DNA of 64,000 nt from an uncultured Acidobacteriota bacterium (GTDB lineage Bacteria > Acidobacteriota > Thermoanaerobaculia > UBA5066 > Gp7-AA6), in contig CAVUAN010000005.1 of assembly GCA_963739435.1 (NCBI GenBank), positions 41,609-105,608 on the forward strand. Reading direction: 5' to 3'. The first letter of the stretch is position 1, and each line of letters starts with the position of its first letter. The notes under the pieces were generated by a model, which was given only the letters and a program-made list of their open reading frames with translations, made no database searches and was not told where the DNA came from. This document shows, piece after piece, positions 20,860-31,507 of this stretch. A program made the translations under genes and the position numbers.

Positions 20860-21788
20860 AGCTCGGGCTCGGCGCGCACGGCCAGGTACTCGATCAAGGG
20901 CTCGCGGTAATGGCGAATCCCCCGGCCGGTCACGACCTCGTACTTTCCCGTCGCAAGCACCGACATGGCTGGCCTTCGGGCCGGGCGGTTGAGCGCGGCC
21001 GACGTGGTCGGCAGAAGCGTCACGTCTCCGTGGCCCGAAAGGAGCAGGATGTCCTGCGCGAAGTCGAACCAGGTCGCCTCGCCCGCGTTGGCGAAATGGA
21101 AGACGCCGACCGCACCCTCCTCGAGCAGCGCGAGGATCGCCTCGGCGAGGTCGGTCGTCGCCGTCGGCCGCCCGCGCTGATCGTTGACGACGGTGAGCGC
21201 GCGCTTGCCGCTCTCGACCTGCTTCAGGATCGCCTCCACGAAGTTCCACCCGGAACGGCCGAAGAGCCACGAGCTGCGCACGACCAGGCCCCTGGGCACG
21301 GCCAGCGCCGCTTCCTCCCCTTCGAGCTTGCTGCGCCCGTAGGCCGAGAGCGGCCCGGTCCGGTCCGCCTCGAGGTAAGGCTCCGTCTTGTCGCCCGCGA
21401 AGACGAAGTCCGTCGACAACTGGACGAGCTGGCAGCTCTGCTTCAAGCACGCCTCCGCGAGGATCCGCACACCCCCGGCGTTGACCCCGAAAGCACGCGG
21501 GTCCGTCTCGGCTGCGTCCACCCGCGTGTATGCCGCGCAGTTGACGACGACGTCCGGCCGGATGTCCCGGAACGCGCGGCCGACCTGATCGGCCTCCGTG
21601 ATGTCGAGCTCGGCTCTCGCTCGCGCAAACACCTCGCAACCGGCGCCGGCCAAAACCGGAACGAGGTCCTGGCCCAGCATGCCCGAGGACCCGGTGACGA
21701 GCACCCGCCTCTTGAGCTGCGCCGACGGATGGGGCGCGGCCATCACCTCGACGGGGGTGGGCGCGGCAGCAACACCGGCTTCGGCCAT
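20856..21788 (-). CDS. rfbD: dTDP-4-dehydrorhamnose reductase
   Basis: VLVTGSSGMLG, NCAAYTRVD, STDFVF, YGRSKLEGE, DQRGRPT. Confidence 0.95.
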   Translation of the reverse strand: MAEAGVAAAPTPVEVMAAPHPSAQLKRRVLVTGSSGMLGQDLVPVLAGAGCEVFARARAELDITEADQVGRAFRDIRPDVVVNCAAYTRVDAAETDPRAFGVNAGGVRILAEACLKQSCQLVQLSTDFVFAGDKTEPYLEADRTGPLSAYGRSKLEGEEAALAVPRGLVVRSSWLFGRSGWNFVEAILKQVESGKRALTVVNDQRGRPTATTDLAEAILALLEEGAVGVFHFANAGEATWFDFAQDILLLSGHGDVTLLPTTSAALNRPARRPAMSVLATGKYEVVTGRGIRHYREPLIEYLAVRAEPEL

Positions 21789-21808
21789 GGCTGAGTCGAG
21801 CGGAACCG

Positions 21809-24118
21809 TCACTGCCCGAAGAGCCGGTCCAGGGACCCGTTGACATCGAGGAGCTTCCCGATGTCTTTCAGGTTCACGACGAGGCGGTACTCGTGGGTCG
21901 GCGTCGGCGGCACCCGGAGGTTTCGGACCTCGAGGAATACCGAGAAGCACTTGCCCTGGTATGTCAGGAGCGACCGGTCTTCGAGCATCGTCGCGTTGCG
22001 GACATCGTAATTGAGCTGGGTATCGAGGCGCAGCCACTTCACGATATCGAAGCCCAGGGAACCGCGGAGCTGGTCGCTCGGACTCACGATGGTGACCTGC
22101 CCACCCGCCCCGGGGATGACCGCCCGGCTCTCGAACCACGTCAGGTTGACGAAATTCGTGCTCCAGGCCGCGGAAGCCGTGATCGAGGTGGCTGTCACGC
22201 GGTCGACGTGGGTGTCGAAAGCCACCCGGCCGTCGAACTGGAAGAGCGAGGAGGCGTGGATCCGGAGAATCCCTTCGAGCGGCCCGGCGTTGCCGAGCGT
22301 GGGCACGATCGTCGTTCCAATCGTCGTCTGGGGCGTTTCGAAGGCGTACGTCTGGGCGATCTCGAGCGAGGCGATCTCCTGTGCAGCGCCCTGCTTCGGG
22401 TCGGCCGGCCGCGCGAGGAGGCGGTTGACCAGGGCGTAGCGGATCTGGTTGTGGCCGAGCTGGGTGTCGACCTCGTCGTAGACGGGGATCGCGGCAGGGT
22501 CCGTCACGTTGGAGACCCAGTCGTAATCCACCCGCGGCTCGATGACGTGCTTGAACTTGCCGTACGGACCGAGCTCGAAATCGTAGATGCGTGTCAAGGA
22601 CGGACCGACCAGCGAAAGGCCGGCTTCGCCGTAGACGCGCTCGTACGCGCTGCCGACAAACTGCGTCTGCCCTTCGTCCGTCGAGTTCGTGTAGCCGGTC
22701 CACCTGCCGCCGAGCCTGGCCGTCAGGGACAGCCACGGGATGCCCTTCCAGGGAAGCGAGAAGAGGGGATGCAGGTCCGCGCGCCCGTACGTGCCGTGCA
22801 GAAGGCCCGGTCCCCGGTTGATGAAAAGACCGGAGAGCGACGACTCCAGGGCGAGATAGAGCGGTGTTTCGCCGAGCCGCGACGTGCGCCGGTAGAGCTC
22901 GACTGTCGGAAACCGCTCCTGGAGCACGTCCTGCCCGTAGAAGGTCTCCGCGCGTTCGAAGCGCACGTTCAAGGACTCGTCGCCGAAGTTCTTCGAGATG
23001 AAGGCCGTCGACAGGATCTGGCGCGAGGAGGCGATCGAGAAGTTGCGCTCGTAGTCCTCGAGAAACTGCTGGTCCGAATAGTCGCGCACGGAGACGACAC
23101 CTCGGAAGCCGTAAGGCAGGTCCTCCGCGACGTGCTCGAGACGCAACTTCCAGCGCCACTCCGCCTTCGTCGTGAAGACCCCGAGCTGGCCGTTGCCCTG
23201 CGAACAGAAACCGTTGCCGCCGCCCGGCGGCGCCTGATCGAGAGGCACGCAGACCGTGGCTTGCTTGTCGTAGATGACGTAGCCGCGGAAGAGCCCGGCC
23301 GACTCCGCCGTCGGCGTCCACCGGAATTCCGCGCCGAGCCCGATCGAGCCCTTCGAGAACAGGTCGAGCCCCGTCGTCAGATCCGTCGAGCGGCCCGTGA
23401 CCCAGTAGTGCGTCAGGCCCAGATACGCGCCCCGCTGGCTGCTGTAGCCGATGCCCGGCACCAGCAGTCCCGAGGCCCGGTCCTCCTTTGTCGGCCAGAT
23501 CAGGTACGGCGTATAGAAAAGCGGCACGGACCCGGCCCGAAACGTCACGTCCTTCATCCGCGCGTAGTCGTCGAGGGTGACCGAGGCCTCGGCGAGGCGA
23601 AACGACCACTCCGGGCGCGGAAGGTCGCACGAGGTGAAAAGGCCCTGATGGATGAGGTAGGTCGCCTCGCCGGTCTTGTCGATCGCCTTTGCCACGATGT
23701 GGTAGGCGGGCGCGAGGTCCGCTGTCGCGTCGTCGATCGTGCCGGTCTTAGAATCGAGGTGGAACACGGCGTGCGAGCCGGAAAGGCGCGTGGGACCCTG
23801 GTCGATGACGACGTGGCCGTCGAGGGTCGCGGTCTTCGTCGGAAAATCGTAGTGGCCCTTGTCGGCCGTGATCTTCACGTCCTGGTACTCGATTGTGACC
23901 TCTTCGCTGCCGTCCCAGGAGACGTCCTGCACGTACTGGACGGGCTTCCGCGTCGAGAGGTGCACCTCGCCCCCTTTCTCGGGGACCTTGAAGCGGATCT
24001 GAAAGTTCGCCCGCTGGCGAAACCGCGACTCGAACGGGTCGCTCGACGTCGATTGCTGGGCGAGAACGGCCGCGGGGACGAGGAGAACGAGAGGCGCCGC
24101 GGCCCGGAGGAGCTTCAC
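21809..24118 (-). CDS. lptD: LPS-assembly outer-membrane protein LptD
   Basis: Signal peptide, OstA-like jellyroll, FTSC..P.W, PLFYTPY...[15 protein letters not shown], beta-barrel pattern. Confidence 0.88.
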   Translation of the reverse strand: MKLLRAAAPLVLLVPAAVLAQQSTSSDPFESRFRQRANFQIRFKVPEKGGEVHLSTRKPVQYVQDVSWDGSEEVTIEYQDVKITADKGHYDFPTKTATLDGHVVIDQGPTRLSGSHAVFHLDSKTGTIDDATADLAPAYHIVAKAIDKTGEATYLIHQGLFTSCDLPRPEWSFRLAEASVTLDDYARMKDVTFRAGSVPLFYTPYLIWPTKEDRASGLLVPGIGYSSQRGAYLGLTHYWVTGRSTDLTTGLDLFSKGSIGLGAEFRWTPTAESAGLFRGYVIYDKQATVCVPLDQAPPGGGNGFCSQGNGQLGVFTTKAEWRWKLRLEHVAEDLPYGFRGVVSVRDYSDQQFLEDYERNFSIASSRQILSTAFISKNFGDESLNVRFERAETFYGQDVLQERFPTVELYRRTSRLGETPLYLALESSLSGLFINRGPGLLHGTYGRADLHPLFSLPWKGIPWLSLTARLGGRWTGYTNSTDEGQTQFVGSAYERVYGEAGLSLVGPSLTRIYDFELGPYGKFKHVIEPRVDYDWVSNVTDPAAIPVYDEVDTQLGHNQIRYALVNRLLARPADPKQGAAQEIASLEIAQTYAFETPQTTIGTTIVPTLGNAGPLEGILRIHASSLFQFDGRVAFDTHVDRVTATSITASAAWSTNFVNLTWFESRAVIPGAGGQVTIVSPSDQLRGSLGFDIVKWLRLDTQLNYDVRNATMLEDRSLLTYQGKCFSVFLEVRNLRVPPTPTHEYRLVVNLKDIGKLLDVNGSLDRLFGQ

Positions 24119-24774
24119 GCGTCCATCGGCCGAACGCCCGACGCCACGTCGAAAGCTGCCTCCGTCTTCGCCCGGACCTCATCGACAGTGACTTCGGGCG
24201 CCAGCTCGACGAGACGGAGCCCCTGTCCCTGGGGGAGGACGTCGAAAACGCAGAGGTCCGTGATGATCCGATGGACGCAGCGCCGGCCGGTCAGCGGCAG
24301 CGTGCACCGCTTCAGGATCTTCTTCTCCCCCGACTTCGCCGTGTGCTCCATCGTCACCACGAGCCGGCGCGCGCCGGCCACCAGGTCCATCGCCCCGCCC
24401 ATTCCCTTCACCATCTTGCCCGGGATCATGTAGTTGGCGATCGAGCCCTCTTCGTCCACCTGCATGGCGCCGAGGATCGAGAGGTCGATGTGGCCGCCGC
24501 GGATCATGGCGAAAGAGTCCGCCGATGAGAAATACGAAGCTCCGGGCTTGACCGTCACGGTCTCCTTGCCGGCGTTGATGAGATCGGCGTCGACCTCGGC
24601 CTCGGCCGGGTAAGGACCCAATCCGAGAATCCCGTTCTCCGATTGCAGGATGACTTCCATCCCCGCCGGAATATGGTTTGCGACGAGGGTGGGCATCCCG
24701 ATCCCCAGGTTGACGGTGTATCCGTCCTTCAGCTCTTTAACAGCCCGCCGAATGATCCCCTCCCGATCAAGCAT
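24115..24774 (-). CDS. scoB: 3-oxoacid CoA-transferase subunit B
   Basis: [35 protein letters not shown]. Confidence 0.95.
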   Translation of the reverse strand: MLDREGIIRRAVKELKDGYTVNLGIGMPTLVANHIPAGMEVILQSENGILGLGPYPAEAEVDADLINAGKETVTVKPGASYFSSADSFAMIRGGHIDLSILGAMQVDEEGSIANYMIPGKMVKGMGGAMDLVAGARRLVVTMEHTAKSGEKKILKRCTLPLTGRRCVHRIITDLCVFDVLPQGQGLRLVELAPEVTVDEVRAKTEAAFDVASGVRPMDA

Positions 24775-24796
24775 GGTGACCCCGCCACATGTGCAA

Positions 24797-24908
24797 CCCC
24801 CTCTCCCACCGGGAGAGGGTTGGGGTGAGGGGAAAGGCGCCGCCCGGGAGCAAGTTTCTCGGCTCTTGCCAGCCCCTCACCCTGTCCCTCTCCCGGGGGG
24901 AGAGGGGA
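24797..24908. repeat. REP-like palindromic pair between scoA and scoB
   Basis: ccctctcccaccgggagagggttggggtgagggg ... cccctcaccctgtccctctcccggggggagagggg. Confidence 0.85.
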
Positions 24909-24945
24909 CCCGCAAGGTCCGGCCGGCCGACATCGATCACTACGT

Positions 24946-25644
24946 TTACGCTCCCTTCCTCACCGTGCGGCGTTCGATGCGCTTCTGGCGGGGGGCCACG
25001 ACGACGCGCTGGACGAAAACGCCGGGCGTGTGGACGCACTCGGGATCGAGGGCGCCGACCTCGACGAGCTCCTCGACCTCGGCAATCGAGATCTTGCCGG
25101 CTGTCGCGGCCATGGGGTTGAAGTTGCGCGCAGCTTTTCGGTAGACGAGGTTGCCGAGGCGGTCGCCCTTCCAGGCCGCGACGAGAGAGAAGTCCCCCAC
25201 GATCCCGCGCTCGAGGACGTACTCGCGCCCGTCGAAATCCCTGGACTCCTTGCCCTGCGCAACGAGCGTGCCGACACCGGTCGGCGTGTAGAAGCCGGGG
25301 ATTCCGGCGCCGCCTGCCCGCATCCGCTCGGCCAGCGTGCCCTGCGGCACGAGCTCCACCTCGAGCTCGCCGGAGAGAAACTGCCGCTCGAACTCCGCGT
25401 TCTCGCCGACGTAGGAGGAGACCATTTTGCGGATCTGGCGCGTCTTCAGCAGAAGGCCCAGACCCCAGTCGTCGACGCCGCAGTTGTTCGAAACGGCAGT
25501 CAGGTTGCGCACGCCTTTGCTGACGAGGGCCGCAATCAGGTTCTCCGGAATGCCGCACAGGCCAAAGCCGCCAACGACGAGGGTCGCGCCGTCGAAGACG
25601 TCCCGGACGGCTTCGTCGGCCGACCCGACGACCTTGTTGATCAT
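24946..25644 (-). CDS. scoA: 3-oxoacid CoA-transferase subunit A
   Basis: [43 protein letters not shown]. Confidence 0.95.
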   Translation of the reverse strand: MINKVVGSADEAVRDVFDGATLVVGGFGLCGIPENLIAALVSKGVRNLTAVSNNCGVDDWGLGLLLKTRQIRKMVSSYVGENAEFERQFLSGELEVELVPQGTLAERMRAGGAGIPGFYTPTGVGTLVAQGKESRDFDGREYVLERGIVGDFSLVAAWKGDRLGNLVYRKAARNFNPMAATAGKISIAEVEELVEVGALDPECVHTPGVFVQRVVVAPRQKRIERRTVRKGA

Positions 25645-26831
25645 CCGGAACGATGATAACCGAGTGGTTTCGCCACCACCACGAACTCGACGACATCGAG
25701 GTCCGGCGACGCCGCGGACAGGGAACGCAGCCGCGTCAGAGCGGCCGCCCCGGAGGGCGACGGCGCGACGACGACCGTGTCGATCTCTTCGATGCAGAAG
25801 AGTGATGCCTCGAAGAGATCAGCGAGAGTCGACCGCGTGAAGAAGCGGATGTGCGTGCCCGAGAGGAGCGAGTACGGCACGTAGTCGAAGCGGCCGCCGA
25901 CGAGGTCCGCCACGACGGACCAATGGCCGACGTTCGGCACCGAAGCCACGACGACTCCCTTTGGCGAGAGCCAGGGCTTAACGCGCGTCAGGGCCGCCGA
26001 CGGGTCCTCCAGGTGTTCGAGCACGTCCCCGAAGAGCACGGCGTCGAAAGCGCCCGGAAATTCCTCGCTCACGTCCTCGAGCGGCTGGGGCAGGACCCGG
26101 TCGCACACGCGCGCGGCCACCGCGGCGTCCCCGGCGTCCGGCTCGATGCCGACAACCGTCACGACGCCGCGCGCCCGAAGGGGAGCCGCCGTGGCGCCGC
26201 GGGAACACCCGACGTCCAGAACCGAGCGCGCCCCCTCCGGCACTTTGCCGGCGAGGTCCGCCCTCTCCTGGCCGTCCATCTCCCCATAGCGGTGGAGGTA
26301 GGCGCCCGGGACGATGACGACCCGGCGGCCGAGGCGGGCCGCCTCCTGCGGAACAGCATCGAGGGCCAGGGCGGGCGGCAGCAGCGCCAGGACATCCCGG
26401 CGAACCGCAAAGACGGGCGAACGCGCATCGAGGGCCGGCCGCGGCGGACCGGACGCGGCGCCCACGGCATCCGCGGCCTCCTCGAGGAGAGAGGGCGTGT
26501 GGTACGCGAATGGCGGCACGACCCGGGCATCCTCGGACCAGGGCTCGTTCGAGACCGGCAGCGCGGCGTCGGCGCGGGCATCCCCGATGGCCTCCGTGAG
26601 GCGACGCGCGGCTTCCGGAACGAGATAGGCCTCGGGGTCCGAGACGACGAGCACGACCGGCGCGTTCCCCTGCGCGTCGTTGACGACAGGGGGCCGCCCC
26701 CAGGTCTCGGTCCGCTGGCCGCACGGCAAGAGAGAAGCGAAGCGCCGCACGAGCCTCCGGGCCCAGGGCGCCTCCGCCGCAAAACGCGGCACGCCGCCCA
26801 GCACCAGGTCGAAGGCTGCCGGAGCCGTCAG
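25641..26831 (-). CDS. Class I SAM methyltransferase with a degenerate GT2-like N-terminal domain; start CTG 26831 or GTG 26804
   Basis: [39 protein letters not shown]; stop overlaps the scoA ATG. Confidence 0.8.
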   Translation of the reverse strand: MTAPAAFDLVLGGVPRFAAEAPWARRLVRRFASLLPCGQRTETWGRPPVVNDAQGNAPVVLVVSDPEAYLVPEAARRLTEAIGDARADAALPVSNEPWSEDARVVPPFAYHTPSLLEEAADAVGAASGPPRPALDARSPVFAVRRDVLALLPPALALDAVPQEAARLGRRVVIVPGAYLHRYGEMDGQERADLAGKVPEGARSVLDVGCSRGATAAPLRARGVVTVVGIEPDAGDAAVAARVCDRVLPQPLEDVSEEFPGAFDAVLFGDVLEHLEDPSAALTRVKPWLSPKGVVVASVPNVGHWSVVADLVGGRFDYVPYSLLSGTHIRFFTRSTLADLFEASLFCIEEIDTVVVAPSPSGAAALTRLRSLSAASPDLDVVEFVVVAKPLGYHRSG

Positions 26832-28006
26832 ACCGTCTCGACCAGCATGGCGGTGGCCTCGCCGCCGCCGATGCAAATGGCCGCGATGCCGCGCTTCTTG
26901 CCCTCGCGCCGCAGCGCGTGCACGAGGGTCGCCAGGATGCGCGCCCCGGAGGCTCCGATCGGATGTCCGAGCGCGACAGCCCCGCCGCGCACGTTGACCC
27001 GGGCCGGGTCGAGCGACAGCTCGCGGATCGCCGCCAGGGCCACGGCCGCGAAGGCCTCGTTGACCTCGAAGAGGTCGATATCGGAGACCTTCAAGCCGGT
27101 TTGGCCGAGGAGCTTCTGCACGGCTCCGACGGGAGCCGTCGTGAACCACGCGGGCGCCTGCGCCACCCCCGCAGAGCCCACGATGCGCGCAATGGGCTTC
27201 CAGCCTTTTGCCTTCGCTCTTTCTTCCGAGGCGACGACGAGCGCGGCGGCCCCGTCGTTGATCTTGGACGAGTTGGCCGCGGTGACCGATCCATCCTTTT
27301 GAAAGGCCGGCTTCAAGCTCCCCATCTTGTCGAGGGGCGCCGCGAAGGGCTCTTCGTCGGCGTCGATGACGGCAGGGTCGCCCTTTTTCTGCGGGACCTC
27401 GACCGGCACGATCTCGTCAGAAAAAAGGCCCGTCTTCGAGGCGTTCTGCGCGCGCTTGTACGACTCGAGGCTGAAGGCATCCTGCTCCGCGCGCGTGAAC
27501 TTGTACTTCCCGACGCACATCTCGGCGCAATTGCCCATGTGAACGTCGCCGTAAGGGTCCCACAGGCCATCCTTGATCATCGAGTCCACGAGCTGCCCGT
27601 GCCCCATGCGGTAGCCCGTGCGAGCCCGCTCGAGCAGGTAGGGTGCGTTCGACATGGACTCCATGCCGCCCGCGACCGCGACGTCGTACTCGCCGGCGAC
27701 AATCGCATTGGACGCGTCCATGACGGCGCGCATCCCGGAGCCGCAGACCTTGTGGACTGTCACGCACGGGACGGTGTCGGGGATCCCGGCGCCCAGGGAG
27801 GCCTGTCTCGCCGGGGCCTGGCCGATCCCGGCCTGCAGCACGTTGCCCAGGATCACCTGCTCGACTTCCCCGGGCGCGACGCCCGCTGCCGCGAGAGCCC
27901 CGCGGATTGCCGCCGAGCCGAGCTGCGGGGCCGTTCGAGAGGACAGCTTCCCGAGAAATGAGCCGATGGGAGTGCGCGTGGCGGAAAGGATGACGATGTT
28001 TTTCAT
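26828..28006 (-). CDS. atoB: Acetyl-CoA C-acetyltransferase (thiolase)
   Basis: KVCGSG, GGMESMS, NEAFA, GHPIGASG, CIGGG. Confidence 0.95.
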   Translation of the reverse strand: MKNIVILSATRTPIGSFLGKLSSRTAPQLGSAAIRGALAAAGVAPGEVEQVILGNVLQAGIGQAPARQASLGAGIPDTVPCVTVHKVCGSGMRAVMDASNAIVAGEYDVAVAGGMESMSNAPYLLERARTGYRMGHGQLVDSMIKDGLWDPYGDVHMGNCAEMCVGKYKFTRAEQDAFSLESYKRAQNASKTGLFSDEIVPVEVPQKKGDPAVIDADEEPFAAPLDKMGSLKPAFQKDGSVTAANSSKINDGAAALVVASEERAKAKGWKPIARIVGSAGVAQAPAWFTTAPVGAVQKLLGQTGLKVSDIDLFEVNEAFAAVALAAIRELSLDPARVNVRGGAVALGHPIGASGARILATLVHALRREGKKRGIAAICIGGGEATAMLVETV

Positions 28007-28062
28007 GGAGGGCCGATTCTATCGCCCCTCTCCCGCTCCCCCACTCGGGTTACCCTTTCGGG

Positions 28063-28473
28063 ATGCCCCGGATCCTTGCCATCGACTTTGGCGAAAAGCG
28101 GATCGGCCTGGCGACCTGCGACGCCACCGGACAGGTCGTGGCCGCCCGGCGGACACTCCGGCGAACGAGCGACGCTCGAGCCGTCGAGGAGATCGGGCAG
28201 TTCTGCCGCGACGAAGAAGTCGAGGCCATCGTCCTGGGTATTCCCCGCTCCCCCGAAGGCGTCGAGAGCACGTTCGCGAGAAGGGTCCGTGCGTTTGCCG
28301 CCAAGCTCGAAAAGCGGCTGGACCTGCCGATCGATTACCACGAGGAGACTCTGACGTCCTGGGAAGCGCACCATGCCGAGCCCCTTCTCTCCGCAGAAGA
28401 GATCGACCGGTCGGCCGCGGCCCTCCTGCTCCTCGACTACCTGGCAACCTCCACGGCCAGGGGCCGGACATGA
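28063..28473 (+). CDS. yqgF: YqgF/RuvX pre-16S rRNA nuclease
   Basis: ILAIDFGEKRIGLA, IVLGIP, EETLTS, IDRSAAALLL. Confidence 0.93.
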   Translation: MPRILAIDFGEKRIGLATCDATGQVVAARRTLRRTSDARAVEEIGQFCRDEEVEAIVLGIPRSPEGVESTFARRVRAFAAKLEKRLDLPIDYHEETLTSWEAHHAEPLLSAEEIDRSAAALLLLDYLATSTARGRT

Positions 28474-29555
28474 GCGCCATCCGGCGCTCGCTGCGCCTCC
28501 TCCTGCTCCTGTCGCTGCTCGCGCTCGCCGTCGTGGCTTACCTGATCCATCGCCTCGAGCAGCCGCCCCCCCTGCCGGGCCCCGCCGAGGTGACCCTCTA
28601 TTTCCCGGCCGGCACCTCGACGGCGACGATCTTTCGGATGCTGGAGAAGGAGGGCGTCGTCGAGAACGCGAAGATCGCGGAGTTCTTCTACCGTGTCACC
28701 CGCAGCGCGAACCCCTTGCAGGCGGGTGAGTACCGGTTCGGGCGGCCCATGCCTGCCAGCGACCTGATCGACCGCATGATCCGCGGCGACGTCGTCCGTC
28801 ATACCGTCGTCGTCCCCGAGGGGCTGACGGCGGATGAAACCTTCGACCTCTTCCTGGCGCAAAACATCGGGAGCTCGAGGTCCTTCGCTCGGGCTCTCAA
28901 GGCAACGGAGCTTCTGCCCGGGATCGCTTTCGCCGTGCCCGATCTCGAAGGCTTCCTGTTTCCAAACACCTGGGTCGTGACCCGATCCACCACGGCCCGC
29001 CAGATCGTGGAGATGATGACGGGTGAGTTCCACCGGTACTTCACCCAGGAAATGCGCGAGAAAGCTCAGTCCCAGGGTCTCTCCACCTGGCAAACGGTCA
29101 TCCTCGCCTCCATCGTCCAGAAGGAGACGGGGCTTCCCTCGGAAGCGAAGGTCATCGCGGGCGTGTACCTGAACCGGCTGCACCGGCGCATGCGCCTGCA
29201 GGCCGACCCGACCGTCGTCTACGCCCTGAAGAAGGACGGCAAATGGACGGGCACGCTCTACCGCTCCGACTACGCCTACGAATCCACGTTTAACACCTAC
29301 TTGAACGACGGCCTGCCGCCCGCGCCCATCTGCAACCCCGGCCGCGTGGCGCTCCAGGCGGCGGCCACACCGGAGAAAACGCCCTACCTTTACTTCGTCG
29401 CCGACGTGACTGGGCGCCATACGTTTTCGACGACCTTTGGGGAACACGTTCAGGCCATCGCCGAGATCCGCCGGGCGCGGGCCGCCGGGGAGGCGGGCGG
29501 CGAACAGAAGGCGGCCTCCGAGGTCCAGGGTCCCCACCGGCCGGCGCAGAACTGA
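28470..29555 (+). CDS. mltG: Endolytic transglycosylase MltG
   Basis: LQAGEY, LEGFLFPNT, LASIVQKE, LQADPTV, NTY...GLPPAPICNPG; ATGA overlap with yqgF. Confidence 0.95.
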   Translation: MSAIRRSLRLLLLLSLLALAVVAYLIHRLEQPPPLPGPAEVTLYFPAGTSTATIFRMLEKEGVVENAKIAEFFYRVTRSANPLQAGEYRFGRPMPASDLIDRMIRGDVVRHTVVVPEGLTADETFDLFLAQNIGSSRSFARALKATELLPGIAFAVPDLEGFLFPNTWVVTRSTTARQIVEMMTGEFHRYFTQEMREKAQSQGLSTWQTVILASIVQKETGLPSEAKVIAGVYLNRLHRRMRLQADPTVVYALKKDGKWTGTLYRSDYAYESTFNTYLNDGLPPAPICNPGRVALQAAATPEKTPYLYFVADVTGRHTFSTTFGEHVQAIAEIRRARAAGEAGGEQKAASEVQGPHRPAQN

Positions 29556-29618
29556 ACCGGGCCCGTCTCGGCCCGGCTTCGCCTTTACAATGAGATCGTG
29601 AGGCCGTGACTCCCTAAA

Positions 29619-31382
29619 ATGACGAGCGACGACGCGCTTCCCAGGCGGTTCGGCAACTATGTTCTGGCCAGGCGCCTCTCCGACGACGCGCTCGGGACCG
29701 TCTTCCGCGCGGTCCGCATCTCGGGGGAGCGGGCCTTCGTCCGTCTTCGAATCCTCGAAACGGAAGAGATCATCGAAGATGACGTGCTCGACGCCATCGA
29801 GGAATACGGAGAGATCCACGGATTCCTGAAAAACCCGGCAATCGCCCGCGACGTCGTCATGGATTCCGTCGAAGGAGTCCCCTTCATCGCCTGGAACGAG
29901 GAGAGCGGCCGCACGCTCGACGCGCTCATCGCGCGGACACGCTCGATGGGAAAGCGGGTCCCGATCGAGCACGCCCTCCTGATCGCCGAAAAGGTCGCAA
30001 CGGCTCTCGACCATGCCTACAACACGACGGTGGACGGAGAGAGGACGCTGCACGGGCTGGTCTGGCCGGGCTTCGTCTCGATCACGGACGACGGAGAGAC
30101 GCGGCTGACGGGCTTCGGCCTGGCCTCCGGCGTCTTGCCCTCGCTCAACCGGCCGCATCTGTCCGCCGCGATCGGCCCCTACATCGCTCCCGAAGAGCGC
30201 GGCTCCGGCAACGTCGGCCGCAACTCCGACGTCTATTCGGTCGGGGCGATCCTTTTCGAGCTGCTCACGGGCCGACTTCCGTCGCCCGCCGACCCGCTCG
30301 GGGATCTGCGGGCGGCGACAAAGGACATCGCCACGCCCATCGCGCCCGAGCTCGCCGCGATCCTGCGGATGTGCCTGTCTCCGACGGAGACGCGTTACCA
30401 GTCGAGCGGCGAGCTGCGGCGGGAGCTCGGCAAACTCCTCTTCTCCGGCCCCTACGCTCCGTCGACCTTCAACCTCGCCTTCTATCTCTCCGGGCTCTTC
30501 GGCGTCGAGATCGAAGCCGAGAACAAGGGCCGCGCGGACGAGGCCTCTCTCGACGCGGGCTCGATCGCCGAGCTCGGCGTGCCGCCGCCTCCGAAACGCC
30601 CGCCGCCGCAACAGGCCTTCCCCGGGCGCGAAGCGGGCCCGGGTGGAAAAGCGCGGAAGGCCGAGGCGAAGCCGGCTGCGCGCGGGCCGCTGCCCCTGGT
30701 GATCTGGCTTCTCGTGGCTGCGGCCGTGGGTGGGGGCATCTGGGTCCTTGTCCGCCGCTCGACTCCGGTGCCTCCCGTTGCAATCCCAACGCCTCAGCCG
30801 TCGCCCATTCCGCCTGCCACGCCCACGCCCGAGCCGCCGCCCGACTCCACCAACACGATGACGGAGGCGCAATTCAAGGAGGAAGTGGCTCGGCGCCTGA
30901 ATCAGGAGATGAAGCGCCTCGAACAGAACATCAAGGCGAAGGCCGCCCGGTCCGCCGCCGAGGCCGCCGGGACACCGCCGCCCGCCATTCCTGCGACGCC
31001 CAACTCGCCTGCGCGCTCCGAGCCGACTCCAGCGCCTTCCTCGAGCGGGTCGGCCGCGCCCGAGCCGACTGAACCGCCGGCGCGGGCCATCGCCCCCGCT
31101 CCGGGCGACGACTCCGTCGAGACGCCTCCGAAGATCCTGACTGTCGTCAAGCCGGTCTACCCGCCGTTTGCATTGCGCGCCAAGATCGGCGGGACCGTGA
31201 TCCTGCGGGTCCTCGTCGGCGAGACCGGAACCCCGCTGGACGTCGAGGTGATCAGGGCCGTCAACGGCGGCCTCGCCGACGCCGCGGTCTCTGCCGTGCG
31301 CCGCTGGAAGTTCGAGCCGGCCCGCAAGGGCGGAGCTCCGGTGCGTGCGTGGACCACCATCCCGATCCCCTTCGAACCCTGA
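29619..31382 (+). CDS. Pseudokinase - TM - Pro-rich linker - TonB C-terminal domain protein
   Basis: Kinase fold (RFGNY, YIAPE, SDVYSVG, ELLTG) without catalytic motifs; C-terminal PVYP...GTVILRVLV...AVRRWKFEPA. Confidence 0.85.
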   Translation: MTSDDALPRRFGNYVLARRLSDDALGTVFRAVRISGERAFVRLRILETEEIIEDDVLDAIEEYGEIHGFLKNPAIARDVVMDSVEGVPFIAWNEESGRTLDALIARTRSMGKRVPIEHALLIAEKVATALDHAYNTTVDGERTLHGLVWPGFVSITDDGETRLTGFGLASGVLPSLNRPHLSAAIGPYIAPEERGSGNVGRNSDVYSVGAILFELLTGRLPSPADPLGDLRAATKDIATPIAPELAAILRMCLSPTETRYQSSGELRRELGKLLFSGPYAPSTFNLAFYLSGLFGVEIEAENKGRADEASLDAGSIAELGVPPPPKRPPPQQAFPGREAGPGGKARKAEAKPAARGPLPLVIWLLVAAAVGGGIWVLVRRSTPVPPVAIPTPQPSPIPPATPTPEPPPDSTNTMTEAQFKEEVARRLNQEMKRLEQNIKAKAARSAAEAAGTPPPAIPATPNSPARSEPTPAPSSSGSAAPEPTEPPARAIAPAPGDDSVETPPKILTVVKPVYPPFALRAKIGGTVILRVLVGETGTPLDVEVIRAVNGGLADAAVSAVRRWKFEPARKGGAPVRAWTTIPIPFEP

Positions 31383-31391
31383 AGGTTCTTA

Positions 31392-31499
31392 CCCTCTCCC
31401 TCCGGGAGAGGGCAGGGTGAGGGGAAAACTGCAGCCACAACTGCACCCTGGTCGACTTCGAACGCCCCTCACCCCATCCCTCTCCCGTGGGGAGAGGGA
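31392..31499. repeat. REP-like palindromic pair between convergent genes
   Basis: ccctctccctccgggagagggcagggtgagggg ... cccctcaccccatccctctcccgtggggagaggg. Confidence 0.85.
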
Positions 31500-31507
31500 G
31501 CAATCAC

